From a virus (lineage: Duplodnaviria > Caudoviricetes), in the IMG/VR virus record IMGVR_UViG_3300046012_001130, positions 1 to 58,426 of that record: 58,426 bases of DNA, one strand, 5' to 3'. The notes below the pieces were generated by a model. It was not told the DNA's origin. It saw nothing but the letters and a program-made list of their open reading frames with translations, and did no database searches. Position numbers and translations under genes: made by a program. Position 1 is the stretch's first letter; the number at the start of each line of letters is the position of its first letter. Shown here piece after piece: positions 54,746-58,426 of the stretch.

Positions 54746-56550
54746 CAGTGCCGCTCGACGAGCCCGAATCCCCTCGTATCGGCGCGACGATTGTCGCTTT
54801 TCCGCGTGGAACCCGCCCGTTGCCCGCGCCGGCCGAGCCGCGAAGCGGCGAAGATGAGCCATCTTCCCAGACGGGAGGATCGCGGCCTTCGGGAGACGAC
54901 AAGCCGCCGGGCGCGCACGACGGCGGCCGGGGACGCGGGCGGCGCGGCGGCGGCGACTCCGACGATGGCGACGATGCGGCGGATCTCAACCGGAGACTGG
55001 CGCTGCTGCCGCTCACCGATCTCGGCAACGCCGAACGTTTCGCGGCGCGCAACGAAGGCCGCTTTCTCTATTGCCCGGCGCTCGGCTGGCTCTGGTGGGA
55101 CGGTCGGCGCTGGTCGCGCGTCGGCGCCGAAGAGGCGGTGAAGCGGGCCGAACACGAGACGATCCGCGCCATTCAGGATGAGGCCAAGGCGCTGCGCGAT
55201 TCCGAACAGGATGTCGAGCTGAAGGAAGAGGTGAAGCGGCTGAAGGACGGCGCGGTGATGACGCCGGCTATCTGGCTCTCCGACCTCGTCGCGCGACACG
55301 GCCGCGCCTCGGAATCGGCGCAGCGCCTCGGCTCGGTGTCGAAACGCGCCGCCGCCATGCTGGCGATCGACGTTGCCGATCTCGACGCCGATCCGTGGCG
55401 CATCAACGTGCTGAACGGAACGCTGGTCGTTAAAAAAACGATTATCGAGTTGGCCGACGGGCACCCTGTCGAGCGCCCTGTGGATGCCGATTACATCACG
55501 CTGGTGCCGCACGCGCCGGAGCATCGCATCACCAAGCTCGCGCCGGTGATCTTCGATCCGGCCGCCGATTATCCGTTGTTCAAAGCCTTCCTCGATCGCG
55601 TGCAGCCACCGGATTCAAAAGGCGAGCGGCGGATGCAGAAATTTCTGGCGCAATGGGCGGGCTATGCGCTGACCGGTTCGATCGCCGAACAGAAGATGAC
55701 GTTTCATTACGGGAAAGGCCGCAACGGCAAGGGCGTCTGGGTCAATGCGCTGTCGCATGTCGCCGGCGACTATGCCGATGCGATCCCGATCGAGAGCTTC
55801 ATGGATTCGGGCCGGGCGCGGGCCGGCGGCCAGGCGACGCCCGATATCGCCGGCGTCGTCGGCGTGCGGTTTCTGACGACCTCCGAGCCAAAGAAGAATG
55901 CCGTCCTCGACGATGCCTTCATCAAGCTCTTCACCGGTGGCGACAAGATCAAGGCGCGCTTTCTGAACCGCGATTATTTCGGCTTCGTGCCAGTCGCCAA
56001 GCTGACCATGCAGGGCAATTACCGGCCGAAGGCGCCGACCGACGAGGGGTTGTGGAGCCGGCTGCTGCTGGTGCCCTGGGGCGTCTTCATCCCGCCGGAG
56101 GAGCGCGACCAGCAGCTCGGCGACAAGCTGCGCGCCGAGGCTTCCGGCATCCTGAATTGGATGCTCGACGGGCTGCGCTCCTGGCTCGACGAAGGGCTGA
56201 AGCTGCCGGACGAAGTCTCCAAGGCGACGGAGGACTATCGCAGCGACAGTGATCCGCTCGGCCGCTTCCTCGGCGTCTGCACGATGCAGGACATCGGCCA
56301 TCGCGTGCAGGCGAGCGACATGCACGCACTGTTCATCGCCTGGGCGAAAGCCAATGGCGAAAGCGAGTGGAGCATGAAGGGGCTCGCGGCCGCGCTGAAA
56401 GAGCGAGGCATCGCCTCGATCAAGAGCTCGTCGACCTTCTGGCTGGACCTGAAGCTGACGAAGCACGTGCATGATTTCGTCGATTACGAGGGCAAGCCGA
56501 TCCGCATGCGGGACGAATCGGACGGCGCGAGTTTTGAGGAGCTTCCGTGA
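54742..56550 (+). CDS. P4/D5-family SF3 helicase (primase-helicase C-terminal part)
   Basis: TDLGNAERF, INVLNG, Walker A GKGRNGKG, TGGDKIKARFL and SDPLGRFL motifs. Confidence 0.92.
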   Translation: MTVPLDEPESPRIGATIVAFPRGTRPLPAPAEPRSGEDEPSSQTGGSRPSGDDKPPGAHDGGRGRGRRGGGDSDDGDDAADLNRRLALLPLTDLGNAERFAARNEGRFLYCPALGWLWWDGRRWSRVGAEEAVKRAEHETIRAIQDEAKALRDSEQDVELKEEVKRLKDGAVMTPAIWLSDLVARHGRASESAQRLGSVSKRAAAMLAIDVADLDADPWRINVLNGTLVVKKTIIELADGHPVERPVDADYITLVPHAPEHRITKLAPVIFDPAADYPLFKAFLDRVQPPDSKGERRMQKFLAQWAGYALTGSIAEQKMTFHYGKGRNGKGVWVNALSHVAGDYADAIPIESFMDSGRARAGGQATPDIAGVVGVRFLTTSEPKKNAVLDDAFIKLFTGGDKIKARFLNRDYFGFVPVAKLTMQGNYRPKAPTDEGLWSRLLLVPWGVFIPPEERDQQLGDKLRAEASGILNWMLDGLRSWLDEGLKLPDEVSKATEDYRSDSDPLGRFLGVCTMQDIGHRVQASDMHALFIAWAKANGESEWSMKGLAAALKERGIASIKSSSTFWLDLKLTKHVHDFVDYEGKPIRMRDESDGASFEELP

Positions 56551-56607
56551 ACAAAGCGCGATCTGCGAACAAAGGAAGGACGCGCGATGCGCCGATGTTC
56601 TGAGTCT

Positions 56608-56858
56608 ATCCTCCCAACCTCCCAAAATTGGGAGGATCGTCGCGCCCGCAACCCGTTGATAAGACGGGCGATGGGAGGGTGTGGGCGGATAGGGAGGATT
56701 TCTGCACGCTCCATGTAACGCGCGCACATGCGCGTGTGCGCGCACATATGAGACATATGAAATAATCCTCCCTAACCTCCCAAACCCTCCCAAACACAAT
56801 CAAATCAATCACTTGACTTGGGAGGGTTTGGGAGGATGCGGGTTACTTAGGGAGGATC
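56608..56858. repeat. Iteron-like CCTCCC(A/T)A repeats in both orientations (putative origin)
   Basis: About 11 CCTCCC/GGGAGG copies, a central GCGC-rich palindrome and an A-rich tract, directly after the helicase. Confidence 0.65.
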
Positions 56859-56868
56859 GTCGAAATGG

Positions 56869-57867
56869 ATGGTTTTAGGGGCGCTGGAGGGGCGATTGGG
56901 CAAGCGGACACCGAAGCGAGACGAGATGATCAAGGTGCGGGTCGAGGCGTATGAGGCTGCGAAACGTGGCGGCTCGCTTGCCTATGGCGCCAAGGGCGAG
57001 GTTGGTAAGGCGGTCGACGTGGCGGCCACGGCGTGCGGGCTCAAGAATCGCGCTGGAATCGTGGCGGCGCTGCGCGCGGTCGAGCACATCGACATTGTTC
57101 CCGTCGATGTCGCCCGAAGGACGGTTCGCCGCGACAGCCAACTTGCGAAGCGAATTGCGAAGACGCGTCGAGACTGGAGGATTGCCGCCAACCGCAGTAT
57201 CGGCGCGAGCCTGGAGCGTCGCGCCAAGGCGGTCGCGCCGAAACCGGAGAAGGCCTCAAAGCAAAAGCGCGCAGCGACGGCGAAGTCGAAGCGCAGTCGC
57301 AAGGCGAAGCCGGTGGTGCCGGTGCTGGCGACGAATGGCGCCATCATCGCATCGCGCTATGTCGATGATCCGTTTGGTGGCGCGCCGATCAGGGTGCAAG
57401 TTAACCAGGCCGAACATCCGGCCGAGCTGCTGCGCGCCCGCGGCTCGATCGACGATGTGCAATACCAGGTCGCGGGCAAGTTTCGAGCCGCCTATGAGGC
57501 GGCGAATGTGGGCGCGGTGCGCGGCATCGATCCGACACGCGAACACGTCGATGGCGGCATGATTGCTATGCCTGTCGTCAGCGCCGGCGGCGTCGATCTG
57601 TTGCGCTACTATCGAAGCCTCACGACGCAGCTCGGCTATGTCGTACTGGCCGGCGTCATTGGCGAAGGGCGCGGACTGGCGCATGTCGCCGGCAAGTATG
57701 CCGAGATGCGGAAGGGTGGAGAGCGCGGCGCGCATGGGCATGTGCTCGGCGTGCTGATCGAGGCGCTCGACGATCTGGCGGTCGCACTCGGCATGCGGCC
57801 GAAGGCCGAGCACGCCGCGAATCAGTTTGCGCGAAAACTGGCATTAGCGACAGCGCACCGCGTTTAG
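56869..57867 (+). CDS. Putative late-gene regulator (DUF6456-like C-terminus)
   Basis: ELLRARGSIDDVQYQVAGKFRAAYE...LIEALDDLA; Q-like position; start uncertain. Confidence 0.6.
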   Translation: MVLGALEGRLGKRTPKRDEMIKVRVEAYEAAKRGGSLAYGAKGEVGKAVDVAATACGLKNRAGIVAALRAVEHIDIVPVDVARRTVRRDSQLAKRIAKTRRDWRIAANRSIGASLERRAKAVAPKPEKASKQKRAATAKSKRSRKAKPVVPVLATNGAIIASRYVDDPFGGAPIRVQVNQAEHPAELLRARGSIDDVQYQVAGKFRAAYEAANVGAVRGIDPTREHVDGGMIAMPVVSAGGVDLLRYYRSLTTQLGYVVLAGVIGEGRGLAHVAGKYAEMRKGGERGAHGHVLGVLIEALDDLAVALGMRPKAEHAANQFARKLALATAHRV

Positions 57868-58007
57868 TGTGCGCTTTGAAATCATCGTTAGCGGATTGAT
57901 TGAATGATTAAATCAAGAACGAAAAAATCAATGGTTGACTCGTGACATGAGTTCGGCAACAAAAGTGCATGGTCATAAGTTGCGTTCGAGAGATGCAACG
58001 GGACCGA

Positions 58008-58031
58008 GAGGGCGCCGCGAGCGCCCTTTTT
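58008..58031 (+). terminator. Terminator in the late leader
   Basis: GAGGGCGC-CGCGA-GCGCCCTT followed by a T run. Confidence 0.7.
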
Positions 58032-58044
58032 GTTGGGGCGAACC

Positions 58045-58362
58045 ATGGCGCGGCTGACGATCGACCGCCCGCGCATAAAGGCCGATAGCCTTCGTCTCGC
58101 GCCACCTCCGAAGACGGCGCTGCCCTACTACCTGACCCCTGAACATCGGGCGTGGAGCAAGGCCGTCATCGCGCGTGCGCACGGCATCTGCGAGATGCCA
58201 GGCTGTGGCCGCCGCGAGCGGCGGATGTTTGCGGACCACATCGTTGAAGTGGGGGACGACCCGTCGCGAAGGCTCGATCCGGCGAATGGCCAGTGCCTTT
58301 GCGGCTCGTGCCACACGCGCAAGACGGCCGCTGAAAGGGATCGCCGGCATGCGCGTCGCTGA
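58045..58362 (+). CDS. HNH endonuclease (packaging-associated, HK97 gp74-like)
   Basis: CEMPGC...ADHIVE...NGQCLCGSCHTRKT. Confidence 0.9.
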   Translation: MARLTIDRPRIKADSLRLAPPPKTALPYYLTPEHRAWSKAVIARAHGICEMPGCGRRERRMFADHIVEVGDDPSRRLDPANGQCLCGSCHTRKTAAERDRRHARR

Positions 58363-58406
58363 GGGGCAGGGGGGGTTAAATTCCTCGCCCGCCAGGGGCC
58401 TGTAAC

Positions 58407-58416
58407 CGCTTACGGT
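58407..58416. other. Putative cos sequence CGCTTACGGT, right copy
   Basis: Identical to 9-18; follows a G-run after the HNH gene. Confidence 0.7.
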
Positions 58417-58426
58417 CTCTTCCTTT

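Overview
The window appears to be the complete ~58.4-kb genome of a GC-rich temperate siphovirus with an HK97-type head, in its excised (non-integrated) arrangement. It runs from cos/terminase to HNH/cos, with an intact attP (3' half of tRNA-Pro-GGG) in the middle. The host is probably alphaproteobacterial (GTTC-N7-GTTC LexA boxes, an MmgR/suhB-type sRNA, a GTA-type head-spike base). Gene order: packaging and head, head spikes/fibres, tail with a -1 frameshift chaperone, lysis, accessory block (Dam, sRNA, LigD-type ligase, SRAP), attP/int/xis, early-left genes, cI/cro, early-right and replication genes, late control, HNH. Top observations: (1) a TIGR-Tas-like RNA-guided system at 52.8-54.2 kb, made of a nuclease-less IS110/Nop-domain protein plus four stem-loop units (CCA-N9-TG-loop-CCA-N9-TG) hidden inside protein-coding sequence; (2) a ~345-nt multi-pseudoknot structured RNA candidate between the prohead protease and major capsid genes; (3) a variant initiator tRNA inside the structural operon near a probable ATT-started gene; (4) an apparently non-cleavable CI plus LexA boxes before a small operon and beside an attP arm. 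All calls are from motif recognition by eye; no searches or folding programs were run.
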